Notes under the pieces: model-generated
What the model was told of the DNA's origin: nothing
Seen by the model: the letters and a program-made list of their open reading frames with translations, nothing else
Database searches by the model: none
IMG/VR virus record: IMGVR_UViG_3300014205_000172
Coordinates: 32,001 to 96,000 of that record
Length of the DNA: 64,000 nucleotides
DNA from: a virus
Lineage: Duplodnaviria; Caudoviricetes
Direction: 5' to 3' (one strand)
Shown: positions 19,801-28,692 of the stretch, piece after piece
Layout of the letters: every line of letters starts with the position of its first letter
Numbering within the stretch: position 1 is the first letter of the stretch
Translations under genes and position numbers: made by a program

Positions 19801-21125
19801 ACAAGCGCACTGACATGGGCCTGATCACTGAAGGTACCGTGGACAGTGGCGACGTGGGCATCATCGCTTACATGCCGCAGAACGCTAACCTGACAACAGT
19901 GCGTGGTACCGTTCGCCAATACAATCCGAAAACCGATGGTGCTGCTACTATCATGTCGACTCCAGCTTTGCTGGGCGTAGGTGCTGATGGTGACGATCCA
20001 AAACGTATCGGGTTCAGTGCTATTCAGCATGGCCACGGTATTGCTACTGAGAACTATGAAGTGGCTCCTGGCTTGACTGAAATGGAAGCTATGATTGCTT
20101 CGCGGTCGGGTCCTGAGTTCGCTCAGGTTGCAAGTGGTAAAGGCAAGGTTACTGAAATCGGTCCTCAGCACATTGCGGTTGAATACGCAAATGGTGAGAT
20201 TTTCCGTGCTCCATTGGGAATGATCCACACCAACGCTGAAGGTACGCTGTATCCAAACACACTGGTTACCGGTCTTACTGTCGGCGACACAGTGGAGCAG
20301 TTTGATGTACTGACCTATAATCCGGGCTTCTTTAAAGTGAGTCCGTTTAATCCTCGGCGTGTAAACTACGCTGGGTCATGTTTGGCGCGTGTTGCCATCC
20401 GTGAGGCCACGTATACGTTGGAAGACTCATGCTCTCTTTCCGAAGCATTCGCTCGTCGAATGATCACGAAGGTAGCGAAGCCTAAACCTGTCAATGTCGA
20501 CTTCCATGATGAAATTGTTGGGCTGGTAAAAGTAGGCCAACGGGTGGATCTTGATACAACGCTATGTAGCATCGAGGGTAGCGTTTCCTCAGCCGCAGGG
20601 TTGTTTGACGATTCCAACATCGATACGCTTAAACTGTTCACCCCGTCGGCGCCTAAAGCTAAAACTGTCGGAGTCGTGTCTAAGATCGAAGTCTTCTACA
20701 ATGGCGACATTGAAGACATGTCTGAGTCTCTGCAGGTCATCGTGGCTGAATCCGAAAAGGGGCGGCGTCGATTGGCTAAAGCGTTGGGTGAGGAATACAC
20801 GTCGGGGTTTGTGGGACGTAATGTGCGAAAGGAAGGGACTAACCTTGAACCACATCGGGCGATGATCTTGGTTTACATCGATACCGAAGTCCCAATGGGT
20901 ATTGCTGACAAGCTGGTAATTGGTAATCAGATGAAGTCGGTAGTCGGCGCTGTACTCTTTGGTGAAAACCAAACTGAGTCAGGCGGGCAGGTCGATATTG
21001 TCTTTGGTGCTCTTTCTGCGATAAACCGTATTGTGACTGGGTTGTTTACGGGCGGCTCAGTCAACACAGTGGTGCGGATTATCGGCGAAGAAGCGTTTGC
21101 CATGTATTTCGAAGATGCTGCTTAA
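16857..21125 (+). CDS. virion RNA polymerase beta subunit, large N-terminal fragment (phiKZ gp178-like), 1422 aa
   Basis: RpoB-type motifs DGSFLYNG, INPIHAL, TFGGRGG, EGTVDSGDVG, YTLEDS, ADKLVIGNQMKSVV and VDIVF; adjacent to beta'. Confidence 0.92.
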   Translation: MAELLAYDRYRLRFTLWKTSQLQAPVVYPIARLQLPKMSVLHFAPADGVTMGPQISDPLMRSVPGVIYIDHVKQYGQPEGNPIRTFSQPDTLITQFRQRNRAFRPLRKLDRLETDQRTLVVYNYALLSHMVRYATSFRAGWYMWRNVYAEVMNNINALCEESQRHHFIELPLPEVMPGLGTLRTFSMRQTADVLNNLRDDGSKQVADLFVWAGKLRENSLLSKIKPENYPKVNVIIRRLNGFVVVNLGWLDGLRKSDDPAVKNKGVSYDPAMFQLLLLKFLTTLHQATSPIETDLKNEVVEEPVVEVDVDGVGLDDLELTAEYDELPPSDELDDDDVTIAALEKELEELDLLKQRAIDEAVQYDEDGEKLETKAIDINMLAADKAAKTTGSPIVDKANELAGKGLLTAAEHRRLERISGIFKTLPNPFGGEGTLVDAIEIPQEDIEIKPTILADASTLIDKSLAVSKTDTFERQYLEKVLRKDIVRCVAAIQKAPVAITSYSINRLTDASNDQEIHSFKITPAVGESSTVSFPLPVVKPDGSFLYNGTKYRMRKQRVDLPIRKLSPVQVGLSSYYGKVFIERSERKNFNYEKWFMGQLIIKALDPEDPNVGKAMLSTVADYLIDVPKMYTSISERIMSMVCGKNQLWFDHKRRVEKFKYTAEQLAFEKKGWALCGQNDQGQALIMDVNNMIYRIVPDKQGGSLQEVGTINDLTGITEDTGTPISAIEVKVYSKNIPMGLVLAYLLGFNKLLDLLKVKPRRVLAGARLNLEPHEYAIRFVDESLVFSRKDIVPSLILSGFNLAKDAVRNYSGAMFDGKDVYSAIFDRSGIGSRFLRELDSLDTMFVDPITEDLLKWMKEPTEFTGLLVRATEMLVNAKVDEARKDKDGVVELLERVRGYERIAGMVYENLSKRVREYNARASSGRASIKMNPNDPINMLIKDPTTSPVNNINPIHALREREVITFGGRGGRSRRAMVARTRLYKRTDMGLITEGTVDSGDVGIIAYMPQNANLTTVRGTVRQYNPKTDGAATIMSTPALLGVGADGDDPKRIGFSAIQHGHGIATENYEVAPGLTEMEAMIASRSGPEFAQVASGKGKVTEIGPQHIAVEYANGEIFRAPLGMIHTNAEGTLYPNTLVTGLTVGDTVEQFDVLTYNPGFFKVSPFNPRRVNYAGSCLARVAIREATYTLEDSCSLSEAFARRMITKVAKPKPVNVDFHDEIVGLVKVGQRVDLDTTLCSIEGSVSSAAGLFDDSNIDTLKLFTPSAPKAKTVGVVSKIEVFYNGDIEDMSESLQVIVAESEKGRRRLAKALGEEYTSGFVGRNVRKEGTNLEPHRAMILVYIDTEVPMGIADKLVIGNQMKSVVGAVLFGENQTESGGQVDIVFGALSAINRIVTGLFTGGSVNTVVRIIGEEAFAMYFEDAA

Positions 21126-21187
21126 TTAACCCCCGTGCCCCACCTCCAGTTCTGCTGGGGGTGGGTGTATGTACACTTGAGGAATGA

Positions 21188-21385
21188 TTGATGACACCCA
21201 CCGAGTTGAATAACCTGCCGATCCTTGCGACGGCTGTCCAGCTGGTCAGCGAAATCGCTTTGAACGTGGTTGGTAATGACATTGCCTCGGAAGTCGGAGG
21301 CCAAAAGATTACTCAAGCTTCCGTCAAGATCCTGGCGTCGACGATGATCAACAAAACCCTGACCGAGAAAATCAGCCATGCTTGA
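21188..21385 (+). CDS. hypothetical protein (65 aa)
   Basis: GAGGA SD upstream; stop overlaps the next start. Confidence 0.6.
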   Translation: MMTPTELNNLPILATAVQLVSEIALNVVGNDIASEVGGQKITQASVKILASTMINKTLTEKISHA

Positions 21386-22769
21386 CCCGAATGCTGTCAC
21401 AGCTGTAATTGCGGTGAACCAATCGATCTCCGCCAAGGGTGCACATCTTGTCACGCTGCCAGACACTGCCCTGGCTATGCTTGTGCGCGAAATGCCAACC
21501 ACTGCCATCAAGGCTGAAGAAACCGATTATGCTGCTGCCGGTACGATCCTGACAGACCTGTCGCGTGGTGAAGATCACGCTGCCGTGCTACAACGTGTTG
21601 TAGGTCTGGGCAGTGATTCCGTGCGCCGCACTTTGGCGTTTGCACGCAATACCGTCATGCCGCACATTTATCGTGTCATCGAAGCATATACCGCTGAAAT
21701 GACCAAGAACACCAACGTGGCAATGCCATTTGACGTCAAGCGTCATTTTGCACACGATGCGGCCAAAACCTCCATCGCCATGAACTTCCTGGAGCGCTGG
21801 GAACACGCTCCGGCAGTGACGCCAGTTTCTAATGTTGATCTGGGTACATACACCCCGGATGAGATCTTGAACCTCGTCAAGATCAGCAATGATGGCGATT
21901 ACAATGAGCACATCGAAACACTGCTCACTGAAGACGGTGGTCGCGGTCTGAAACAATTGAGCGACATGCTCAAAGGCATCATGCCGATTACTGCGGTGGA
22001 TAATCACTTCCAACTGCCTGCGGCTGTCCTGCTGCAAAGCATCGTCGGTACGCCTAAACCAGGCGTGGGCATGACTCTGACCGCGTACACGGCCGCTGTA
22101 AGTTCGATGGCTAACTATGCCGCCAAGAACGCGATGGCTGCTTTGGGTCGTCTGAAAACTCAGCGGGTGGATCAAGCCCTGTACTACGGCATCTTCCAAC
22201 ACGACGCCAAAACCATTCCTGTGGTGGGTGAGGTCTACAACGACCTGCTGGAAAAAGGCTTCAGCATCGATATGCTGTTTGGTAACGAATTGCTCGGGCG
22301 TAAGTACCAAGGCGCTGCGCTGCTGCAGCCTGAAGCCATGGCTGAAATGACCGAAGTGTACAACCGAGATCGCGCCATTCGTCAAACTGCGCACAACTTG
22401 GATCGTCAGCGCATGAGCCGCCAGGCTATCCTGGATGTCTTGCGTACTGACCAACAGGCCATTGCAGCTGCTGGCGAGTTCACTGTCGCCGATGACTCCG
22501 CTGATAAATCGTGGGCGCGCCTGAAAGGGTTTATTGATAGCCTCACCGTCAATAACACCTGGTACAGCTACGAGCCTTCGTCGATGATCGCAGCCACCAT
22601 CTGCGCTGTCTGGTACGCGCACAGTGACGCTCACCGCATCATCGACATCATGTTTGAGCAAGGTAAAGAAAACCCAGAAATGCCGCCTTCTGAACAAGCC
22701 ACGATGGCCTCCCTTCAGTATATCTCTGAATGGGTAGCCAGCCAGATCGGCGTCGCTTCGAAAAACTAA
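21378..22769 (+). CDS. putative virion head protein (463 aa)
   Basis: Long ORF between vRNAP subunits and the head protease; function inferred from synteny. Confidence 0.6.
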   Translation: MLDPNAVTAVIAVNQSISAKGAHLVTLPDTALAMLVREMPTTAIKAEETDYAAAGTILTDLSRGEDHAAVLQRVVGLGSDSVRRTLAFARNTVMPHIYRVIEAYTAEMTKNTNVAMPFDVKRHFAHDAAKTSIAMNFLERWEHAPAVTPVSNVDLGTYTPDEILNLVKISNDGDYNEHIETLLTEDGGRGLKQLSDMLKGIMPITAVDNHFQLPAAVLLQSIVGTPKPGVGMTLTAYTAAVSSMANYAAKNAMAALGRLKTQRVDQALYYGIFQHDAKTIPVVGEVYNDLLEKGFSIDMLFGNELLGRKYQGAALLQPEAMAEMTEVYNRDRAIRQTAHNLDRQRMSRQAILDVLRTDQQAIAAAGEFTVADDSADKSWARLKGFIDSLTVNNTWYSYEPSSMIAATICAVWYAHSDAHRIIDIMFEQGKENPEMPPSEQATMASLQYISEWVASQIGVASKN

Positions 22770-22788
22770 GTGATCTAAGGATACCACA

Positions 22789-23511
22789 ATGAATTCATCG
22801 GCCTACAGGCGGGATAAGCAACGTGTAGATGCTTGCCTTAAAAAGGTAGGTGACACACTGGTAGCGCTGGAGCCGGTGCGTATACAGATCCCTGAACGGT
22901 TTACCGAACGGGATCTGGCTATCATTGAGGATGTCTCGTACATCCTCGGGTTCCTTGCCATTATCACTGAAGACAACGTTTATGCGTCATCGACTGTGAC
23001 AGGCATGCTGCGCACCGAACCAGATCGTATCGGTAAGGTGGTCGTGGATGACCAGTCTTACATCGAACTCTTTTACGACAAAGGGTCGAAAGTCTTTGCC
23101 AGCACTAAGATCGTAACTGTGGATAACTTGGTGCATCCTGTCTATACAGAGATGTTGGGGAAAGGGAACATCCCCTGGTATCACGGTTACGAAGATATCT
23201 GTCAGATGTTTTACGACACCGGTAAGTATAATGGTGTTACGTTGGGTGCCGATCTTGCGCTGTGGGAATACCTGGGTGCGTGCCTGTGCCGTAACCCAGA
23301 TAACCCACGCCAGTACTATCGCCACAGACCCAACATCAAACAGTCGTTACTGACAGTACCACCTTACATCGTGTCGCTGCGGAACGTGGCGTTCGGCGCT
23401 ACCAACTTTAGCTCGAAGCTTGGCGGCTCTTACTTCGATCCAGGTATGACCAGTTTGCTGGCCCACCCATCTGAACGTGCAGAGCGTGTCGAGAACTTCT
23501 TAAGACAATGA
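22789..23511 (+). CDS. probable virion RNA polymerase beta' C-terminal fragment (240 aa)
   Basis: IVSLRNVAFGATNFSSKLGGSYFDPGMTSLLAHPSERAERVENFL resembles the RpoC C-terminus; lies just upstream of the protease as in SPN3US/phiKZ-like phages. Confidence 0.65.
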   Translation: MNSSAYRRDKQRVDACLKKVGDTLVALEPVRIQIPERFTERDLAIIEDVSYILGFLAIITEDNVYASSTVTGMLRTEPDRIGKVVVDDQSYIELFYDKGSKVFASTKIVTVDNLVHPVYTEMLGKGNIPWYHGYEDICQMFYDTGKYNGVTLGADLALWEYLGACLCRNPDNPRQYYRHRPNIKQSLLTVPPYIVSLRNVAFGATNFSSKLGGSYFDPGMTSLLAHPSERAERVENFLRQ

Positions 23512-23522
23512 GGTCTTGAATC

Positions 23523-24317
23523 ATGGCAGGCGTAGCTCTGCAACAACCCTTTGCCTCCTACAGCAACATCGTGTTGAGTGGCAGTGGTAAACAAGGTATT
23601 TTGAAAAAGTTGGATGGTGGTTACTACGAGATCATCCTCGGCGCCTTGGCGGCTTACGGTAACGGCAACTGGCTGTACGACGAAGCATCTGGTCGTCAGT
23701 ACATGGAAAACGACCGTGAGTTCTTGGCCGAGCTGCGCGGTGGTCGTATCAAAGGTGAGTGGGGTCATCCTCGCCGTCCTCAGGGCATGTCCGACCAAGA
23801 CTGGTTTGTGCGGATCAACGAAATCTACGAGGATAACACCTGCGTAGCGTTCCGTGACATCTCCCTGTCGATGGATCTTATCAAGGACGATAAAGGTCGT
23901 CGTGTGGTTGGCATCATCGGTCAGATCAAACCGTCGGGTAAACAAGCGCGTTCGTTCCAGGACATGCTTGAAAACCCTGACGAAGATACCCCGTTCTCTA
24001 TCCGTTGCTTTGCTCGTAAAGATTTCCGGACGATGCACAAGCACATCAACAAGATCGTGACCTGGGATTACGTCACCCAGCCTGGTATTGCAGTAGCGTC
24101 GAAGTATAACACCCCAAGTCTTGAATCCAAGCATGACATCAGTCACATGCTGGATGAAGCCGAGTTCAGCCTCACTCGTTTGAAAGACGGCTTCACCGAT
24201 CCGGCAAACGAAGCCAGCTTCGAAAGCAATCGCCCTCACATCCAACTGATTGACCGGATGATTGAGACCGAACGCACCGCTGGTAAGATCTGGGTCCCTA
24301 ACTCCCTTCAGTGGTAA
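23523..24317 (+). CDS. prohead (head maturation) serine protease (phiKZ gp175-like)
   Basis: GEWGHP (His), PFSIR (Ser) and TWDYVTQPG (Asp) motifs; C-terminal SLE/SFE candidate self-cleavage sites. Confidence 0.9.
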   Translation: MAGVALQQPFASYSNIVLSGSGKQGILKKLDGGYYEIILGALAAYGNGNWLYDEASGRQYMENDREFLAELRGGRIKGEWGHPRRPQGMSDQDWFVRINEIYEDNTCVAFRDISLSMDLIKDDKGRRVVGIIGQIKPSGKQARSFQDMLENPDEDTPFSIRCFARKDFRTMHKHINKIVTWDYVTQPGIAVASKYNTPSLESKHDISHMLDEAEFSLTRLKDGFTDPANEASFESNRPHIQLIDRMIETERTAGKIWVPNSLQW

Positions 24318-24344
24318 CACTGTTAATTAACAAGGATAACGTAC

Positions 24345-25730
24345 ATGTCGACTGCTATTGCAAAGGCGCTGCAGGGTCTCGCTCTTGAATCGGGTGAGGT
24401 AGTTGAGGACGCCGTTGGCGAGTTTCATGATTCGCTCGGCGAGTTGCTGGTCTCTGAAAGCCAAGTGGCTCAAGAACCCACCATTACCGATCAGGTAAAT
24501 GATGCGGCTAAAGCATCTGACGTAACTGAGCAGCTCGATGAGCTGGCTGTGCGTGCTGATGAAGTGGCCGCTATTGAAAGTCCGCCCGTTGCCCAAGTGG
24601 CGGTGGAGTCGCTGCATCGTGAATTCAAAACGATCATGCGTGCTAACCAGCTGCCGTTTGAAGCCAGTTCTTTCGAATCGGTTTACAGCGTTGAAGGTCA
24701 GGCAAAAGGCCTGGGTCAGGATGCTCGCCGTGTAGCTGGCTACAGCCGCAGCGTGGCTGCTGAATTACGTGGCCACAGCCAAGAGGCTGGCACCATTGTT
24801 CAGACGATCCGCCGCGATGCCAGTCGGCTGATAGAGGCTAACGGTGTACTGACACGCGCTATTTCAGCAGTGCAGCACATTTCGGAAAGCCTGAAAGAAC
24901 ACCCAGTGAAGATCAATCATTCCGGTTCTGCACTGTTCCTGACCGTAGATGGCAAACCTGCACTCAATGCAAAAGCCGCCGTCGATCAAGAAGTGGCGCA
25001 ACTGCATAAACTGCACGATGCGATCGTCGAAGCATTCCAGGTGGTATTGGCCGGCGCACATGCGTTTGAAGCCAACCCTCATGCCACAATTGAAAGCCTG
25101 TTACCCGCCAGTAAGTTTGGCAAACTCAATGAATTTGCGCAACATCATCACTTCATGGGTAACCGCACTATCGTTGGCATGTCGAGTAAGGGTCTCCCTG
25201 TTCTCAAGTTCCACCGCGTCAATGAGAACAAGCTCCAGGGTTGGAATGCGACCAAGGCTGTTGCCTGGATGCCGTTGGCAGCATTCGGTTGGGGGTTCCT
25301 GGCGGGCGCTGCGATCTTTATCGGCGGGATTGTAACGGGCGGGCTTATTCCAGCGATTGCAGCAACTCCAGTTGTTTATAACGCCACGGTGGCGGGCTAC
25401 CTCGCCGGTGGTGTTAAAAGCGGCATCGACAGTTATAACAAAAACGTCAACATGACGACCGACAAATCAGCGGCCAGCAGCAACGATTTTATCAAAATGC
25501 TGCAAGAGTTGCAGGGGCTCACTAAACTGACTTCGCTTAACCTGCCAGATGGTCAGGTTATGGACATCCTCGATAAAGTGCACAAAGCGGGCGGACCTAG
25601 TTCCACTTACGGTGCCTTCGAAGACGTCATCGGTTACATTGCCACTGCCGTTGACTGCCTATACGAACAAGCGCTTTATGACGTGATCGAAGGTTCGAAG
25701 ATCGCAGCTCAGGTCACTAAGCAAATATAA
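24345..25730 (+). CDS. internal head/ejection protein with acidic propeptide, paralog 1 (461 aa)
   Basis: Acidic N-terminus with many [S/A]-x-E sites (ALE, AIE, AVE, SFE, SVE, SQE); next to the protease; N-terminal similarity to the next gene. Confidence 0.7.
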   Translation: MSTAIAKALQGLALESGEVVEDAVGEFHDSLGELLVSESQVAQEPTITDQVNDAAKASDVTEQLDELAVRADEVAAIESPPVAQVAVESLHREFKTIMRANQLPFEASSFESVYSVEGQAKGLGQDARRVAGYSRSVAAELRGHSQEAGTIVQTIRRDASRLIEANGVLTRAISAVQHISESLKEHPVKINHSGSALFLTVDGKPALNAKAAVDQEVAQLHKLHDAIVEAFQVVLAGAHAFEANPHATIESLLPASKFGKLNEFAQHHHFMGNRTIVGMSSKGLPVLKFHRVNENKLQGWNATKAVAWMPLAAFGWGFLAGAAIFIGGIVTGGLIPAIAATPVVYNATVAGYLAGGVKSGIDSYNKNVNMTTDKSAASSNDFIKMLQELQGLTKLTSLNLPDGQVMDILDKVHKAGGPSSTYGAFEDVIGYIATAVDCLYEQALYDVIEGSKIAAQVTKQI

Positions 25731-25742
25731 GTGAGGTGAGTA

Positions 25743-27182
25743 ATGATCGCTATGGACCAACTGATGAAAGACCTCGCTATTGAAAGCGGTGAGGTGGATT
25801 CTGATGTAAATCCAGGCGTTGCTGAGTCGTATGCGCTGGTGGAGTCGTTCTCGGACGAGGACACTCCCACCATCGCTCAACATGTTGACGCGGTTGAACA
25901 GGTAAATACGGTCGCCGATCTGGTTGATGAAATCAGCCTCTCGTGCGACCAGCCTGACCTGAGCATTGAAGCGCGACAGTACTTGTTTGACTCTGCACGT
26001 CGACAGTTCCGAACAATTGCATTGGCGTATGGTCTCCAAGCTTCTGTAGAGTCGCTGGAGGCTAAGACGGATTATGAGCTACCCAACGAGCTGTCTAAAC
26101 TCGCGGGTACGCTTAGACGCAATGCTGAAGCCCAGGCGGATTATTCGTCTGAAGGTATATTGAGTTGGTTGCGTCGTGATGCGGCTAAGCTTGAACGGGC
26201 GTATCAAGTTCTGGAGAGTGCGACTAAGAAGATTAAAAACCGTCTTGGTAAAGCACCATTGCCATCTAACGATGGCGATCATGAGTATCGCGGTAGCGCG
26301 TCTAGTCGAAAGGCTGATGACCTCATTGTGATCACGTCCGGCTCTCTGCGTGAATTCTTGTTTAAGGGTCAGGGTCAGTTATCCGATCTTGAGAAGGCGA
26401 TCAAGGATGAATCCGCCGACCTACACGCATTGCACGCGGCTACCGATAACGCATTGGGTGTGCTTAAAGCCAACGCAAAACGCCTTGCCGAAGATCCTGA
26501 ATCGGCCAACGTCATCGCAGCGTCCAAATGGGCTAAACCAGTAAACGCGGCTAAGACAAACAAAGCCGCACTGATGGGTAACTTCTCGATCCGTTCTAAA
26601 GATCCTGAAGGCAACCCTATCCTCGTTGACAAGATGGTCAGGATGAACGACACGCCGTCATCTTTGTGGAAAGAACTGAAGAAGTCTTTCAGCTCTATGT
26701 CCCCAGAGATGATCACCATATTGGGCGCTGGAGCTTTGGCGATTGGGTCACTGGCTATCAAGCATCCGATCGCTCCTATACTCGCACCACGACTGGCGGG
26801 TACGGCTGCCGTCGCAGGCGGTAAACTGGCAATGGATTCGGTCATTGGGTCTAAAGCGCCCGATACCTTGAAGAAGCCAGTTAGCATCAGCAACGAGGAG
26901 TTCAAGTCCACTCTGGATACGGTCATCCAGAAATATGCACGCTTTACCAGCTATGAGCATGATGGCGATGGGGTCATGGAAGATCTCAAGAAAGCTCTTG
27001 TAGCAGGCAAGGCGGCACGGATGGACCCAGAGGACTACAAGACTCTGGAAATGGTTGTAAAAGCTCACCGTGAGTCTCTGGGGCGCTTAGCGGCTATATC
27101 TGAAGCTATCTTTCAACAAGCTACGTACACCGTGCATCAAATGGCGGCTGTTGCGATAAGCGTTCTTGGCAAGTTGAAATAA
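25743..27182 (+). CDS. internal head/ejection protein with acidic propeptide, paralog 2 (479 aa)
   Basis: LAIESGEV, PTI, RRDAAKL and ..QATY match paralog 1 (LALESGEV, PTI, RRDASRL, EQALY); sites AIE, SIE, SVE, SLE, SSE. Confidence 0.7.
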   Translation: MIAMDQLMKDLAIESGEVDSDVNPGVAESYALVESFSDEDTPTIAQHVDAVEQVNTVADLVDEISLSCDQPDLSIEARQYLFDSARRQFRTIALAYGLQASVESLEAKTDYELPNELSKLAGTLRRNAEAQADYSSEGILSWLRRDAAKLERAYQVLESATKKIKNRLGKAPLPSNDGDHEYRGSASSRKADDLIVITSGSLREFLFKGQGQLSDLEKAIKDESADLHALHAATDNALGVLKANAKRLAEDPESANVIAASKWAKPVNAAKTNKAALMGNFSIRSKDPEGNPILVDKMVRMNDTPSSLWKELKKSFSSMSPEMITILGAGALAIGSLAIKHPIAPILAPRLAGTAAVAGGKLAMDSVIGSKAPDTLKKPVSISNEEFKSTLDTVIQKYARFTSYEHDGDGVMEDLKKALVAGKAARMDPEDYKTLEMVVKAHRESLGRLAAISEAIFQQATYTVHQMAAVAISVLGKLK

Positions 27183-27186
27183 CGAA

Positions 27187-27217
27187 CATACAGCTCGGCG
27201 CAATGCCGAGCTGTATG
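27187..27217. repeat. CATA-stem-GCAAT-stem-TATG palindrome
   Basis: CATACAGCTCGGC-GCAAT-GCCGAGCTGTATG at the end of the head operon. Confidence 0.85.
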
Positions 27218-27226
27218 CCGTATAAA

Positions 27227-27258
27227 TTCGATTTAACTTTTTTACAGTAACACATCAT
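27227..27258 (+). promoter_or_regulatory. putative phage early promoter, copy 1
   Basis: TTCGATTTAACTTTTTTACAGTAACACATCAT aligns without gaps to six other intergenic copies; the core resembles the phiKZ early TATATTAC motif. Confidence 0.65.
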
Positions 27259-27304
27259 TCGAGTGATCCGCCCCACATCTAGCATCGTTCTTTGGAGAAC
27301 ACAC

Positions 27305-27583
27305 ATGCGAATTGAATTAGCAGCAAAGTTGGTTGGCTACACAGCTGGTGCTTACATCACCTACCGTCTTTCACGGATGCTCTTTAAAGCATCGATGGAC
27401 GCTTACGTGAAAGAGCAGAAAGCTAAAGCTGTCAAAGCCCCTGGGGTCGAACAGTTTATTGATGATTTGGATGTATATTCGGAGCACATCTCTAAACGTA
27501 TCAGCATCCTGAAAATGCAGCTGACTCGCCGACTGATCACTTTGGATCAATATAACGCTGAGCTGCTCATGCTCGCGGTTTAA
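27305..27583 (+). CDS. hypothetical early protein (92 aa) with hydrophobic N-terminus
   Basis: Start ATG 27305 after GGAGA; downstream of the promoter motif. Confidence 0.7.
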   Translation: MRIELAAKLVGYTAGAYITYRLSRMLFKASMDAYVKEQKAKAVKAPGVEQFIDDLDVYSEHISKRISILKMQLTRRLITLDQYNAELLMLAV

Positions 27584-27586
27584 TAA

Positions 27587-27618
27587 TTCGATCTAAAAAA
27601 TCTACAGTAATACATGAC
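27587..27618 (+). promoter_or_regulatory. putative phage early promoter, copy 2
   Basis: TTCGATCTAAAAAATCTACAGTAATACATGAC. Confidence 0.7.
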
Positions 27619-27659
27619 CTCCATACACAAACACAACCCATGCTCCAGGAGAGCTTACC

Positions 27660-28160
27660 ATGACTATCAAAACTGCACACGAAACCTTCCTCGAAACCTT
27701 CGCTTTCATCACCGAAGGTAAACGCGATACTGATCACATAGTTCCTTTCGATTCTGCGTGGGATAACGGTACCGGCTATTACGATGGTGCCTGTACTACG
27801 GATCTCGGTCTTTCGATCGGTTCTCGCTTCTGCTCCACTTCGGAGAACAACCGCAAGATCATCGGCGTTGTTACGCCGGTCGGTAACGCGGTGTTCTTTG
27901 AACGGTTTAGCGCCGGTGAGAATGGCGTGGTCGTCACTAACAAACCAAGGGCTCTGGGTTCGCTGTGGTTCGATGGTTCGCAAGATAGCGACACCATCAA
28001 TCGCATCATGGGCAGTGCCCGTGGTTTCAACGACAATATCGGTACGACCCTGCGTTGCATAGTAGCCGAGGCTTCAATGATTACTCGGCGCAAGAACTTC
28101 GCAAATTCGACCGATGATCACGGCGGCAGCGGTCAGATCGTTGAAGTAAAACCCGAGTAA
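27660..28160 (+). CDS. hypothetical early protein (166 aa)
   Basis: AGGAGA SD; has its own promoter motif; contains WDNGTGYYDG and GNAVFFERF. Confidence 0.8.
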   Translation: MTIKTAHETFLETFAFITEGKRDTDHIVPFDSAWDNGTGYYDGACTTDLGLSIGSRFCSTSENNRKIIGVVTPVGNAVFFERFSAGENGVVVTNKPRALGSLWFDGSQDSDTINRIMGSARGFNDNIGTTLRCIVAEASMITRRKNFANSTDDHGGSGQIVEVKPE

Positions 28161-28191
28161 CCGATTCAAAGAAATTCCAGTAATGCATTGT
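28160..28191 (+). promoter_or_regulatory. putative phage early promoter, copy 3
   Basis: ACCGATTCAAAGAAATTCCAGTAATGCATTGT. Confidence 0.6.
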
Positions 28192-28238
28192 TGCAATGAA
28201 TAAACTATACCCTACTTAAATCTGTTAGGAGCTACACC

Positions 28239-28496
28239 ATGTCGACTGAAATCACTACTGCTGGCGTTGTTGTTGGCGAAGTTCTGAAGAATGCTTCCGT
28301 TGTCACCAAACTGAAAGACGTTGCCAACGCCCATCCAATCACCGCTGCCGTCACCGGCGTCGTAGTGCTGGGCCTCGCGACCTGGGGTTCGTACAAACTG
28401 CTGACCGGCCTCATCGGCCGTGCACCGGTTGAGAAAGTAATCCTGGTACAAGCGGCCGCTCCAGCGGCACCAGCGGCTCCTGCCACTGGCGCGTAA
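28239..28496 (+). CDS. small membrane protein (85 aa)
   Basis: AGGAG SD; hydrophobic ITAAVTGVVVLGLATWGSYKLL; Ala/Pro-rich tail. Confidence 0.8.
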   Translation: MSTEITTAGVVVGEVLKNASVVTKLKDVANAHPITAAVTGVVVLGLATWGSYKLLTGLIGRAPVEKVILVQAAAPAAPAAPATGA

Positions 28497-28505
28497 CACC
28501 ATGAC

Positions 28506-28549
28506 GAGCCAGCCCTCAGGGGCTGGCTCACTACATCTCTCTTTTTTTT
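28506..28549 (+). terminator. intrinsic terminator
   Basis: GAGCCAGCCC-TCAG-GGGCTGGCTC followed by a pyrimidine/T-run. Confidence 0.75.
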
Positions 28550-28550
28550 G

Positions 28551-28582
28551 TATGACTCAAACTTTGATCACTCACACATTAC
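28551..28582 (+). promoter_or_regulatory. putative phage early promoter, copy 4
   Basis: TATGACTCAAACTTTGATCACTCACACATTAC. Confidence 0.55.
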
Positions 28583-28692
28583 GATAGTGCTATACACAAA
28601 TCTGTTCTAATCAGGCCAACTGAGTAACAAATTACACGAGCTACACGTTCTGTGTTCACACCCACCACATTAACGCACTAAGGATTCAACTC

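Noticed and set aside
21588-24320. Minus-strand ORFs of 399 and 296 aa opposite the head protein and protease
   Set aside because: Shadow ORFs with atypical composition, fully overlapping well-supported genes.
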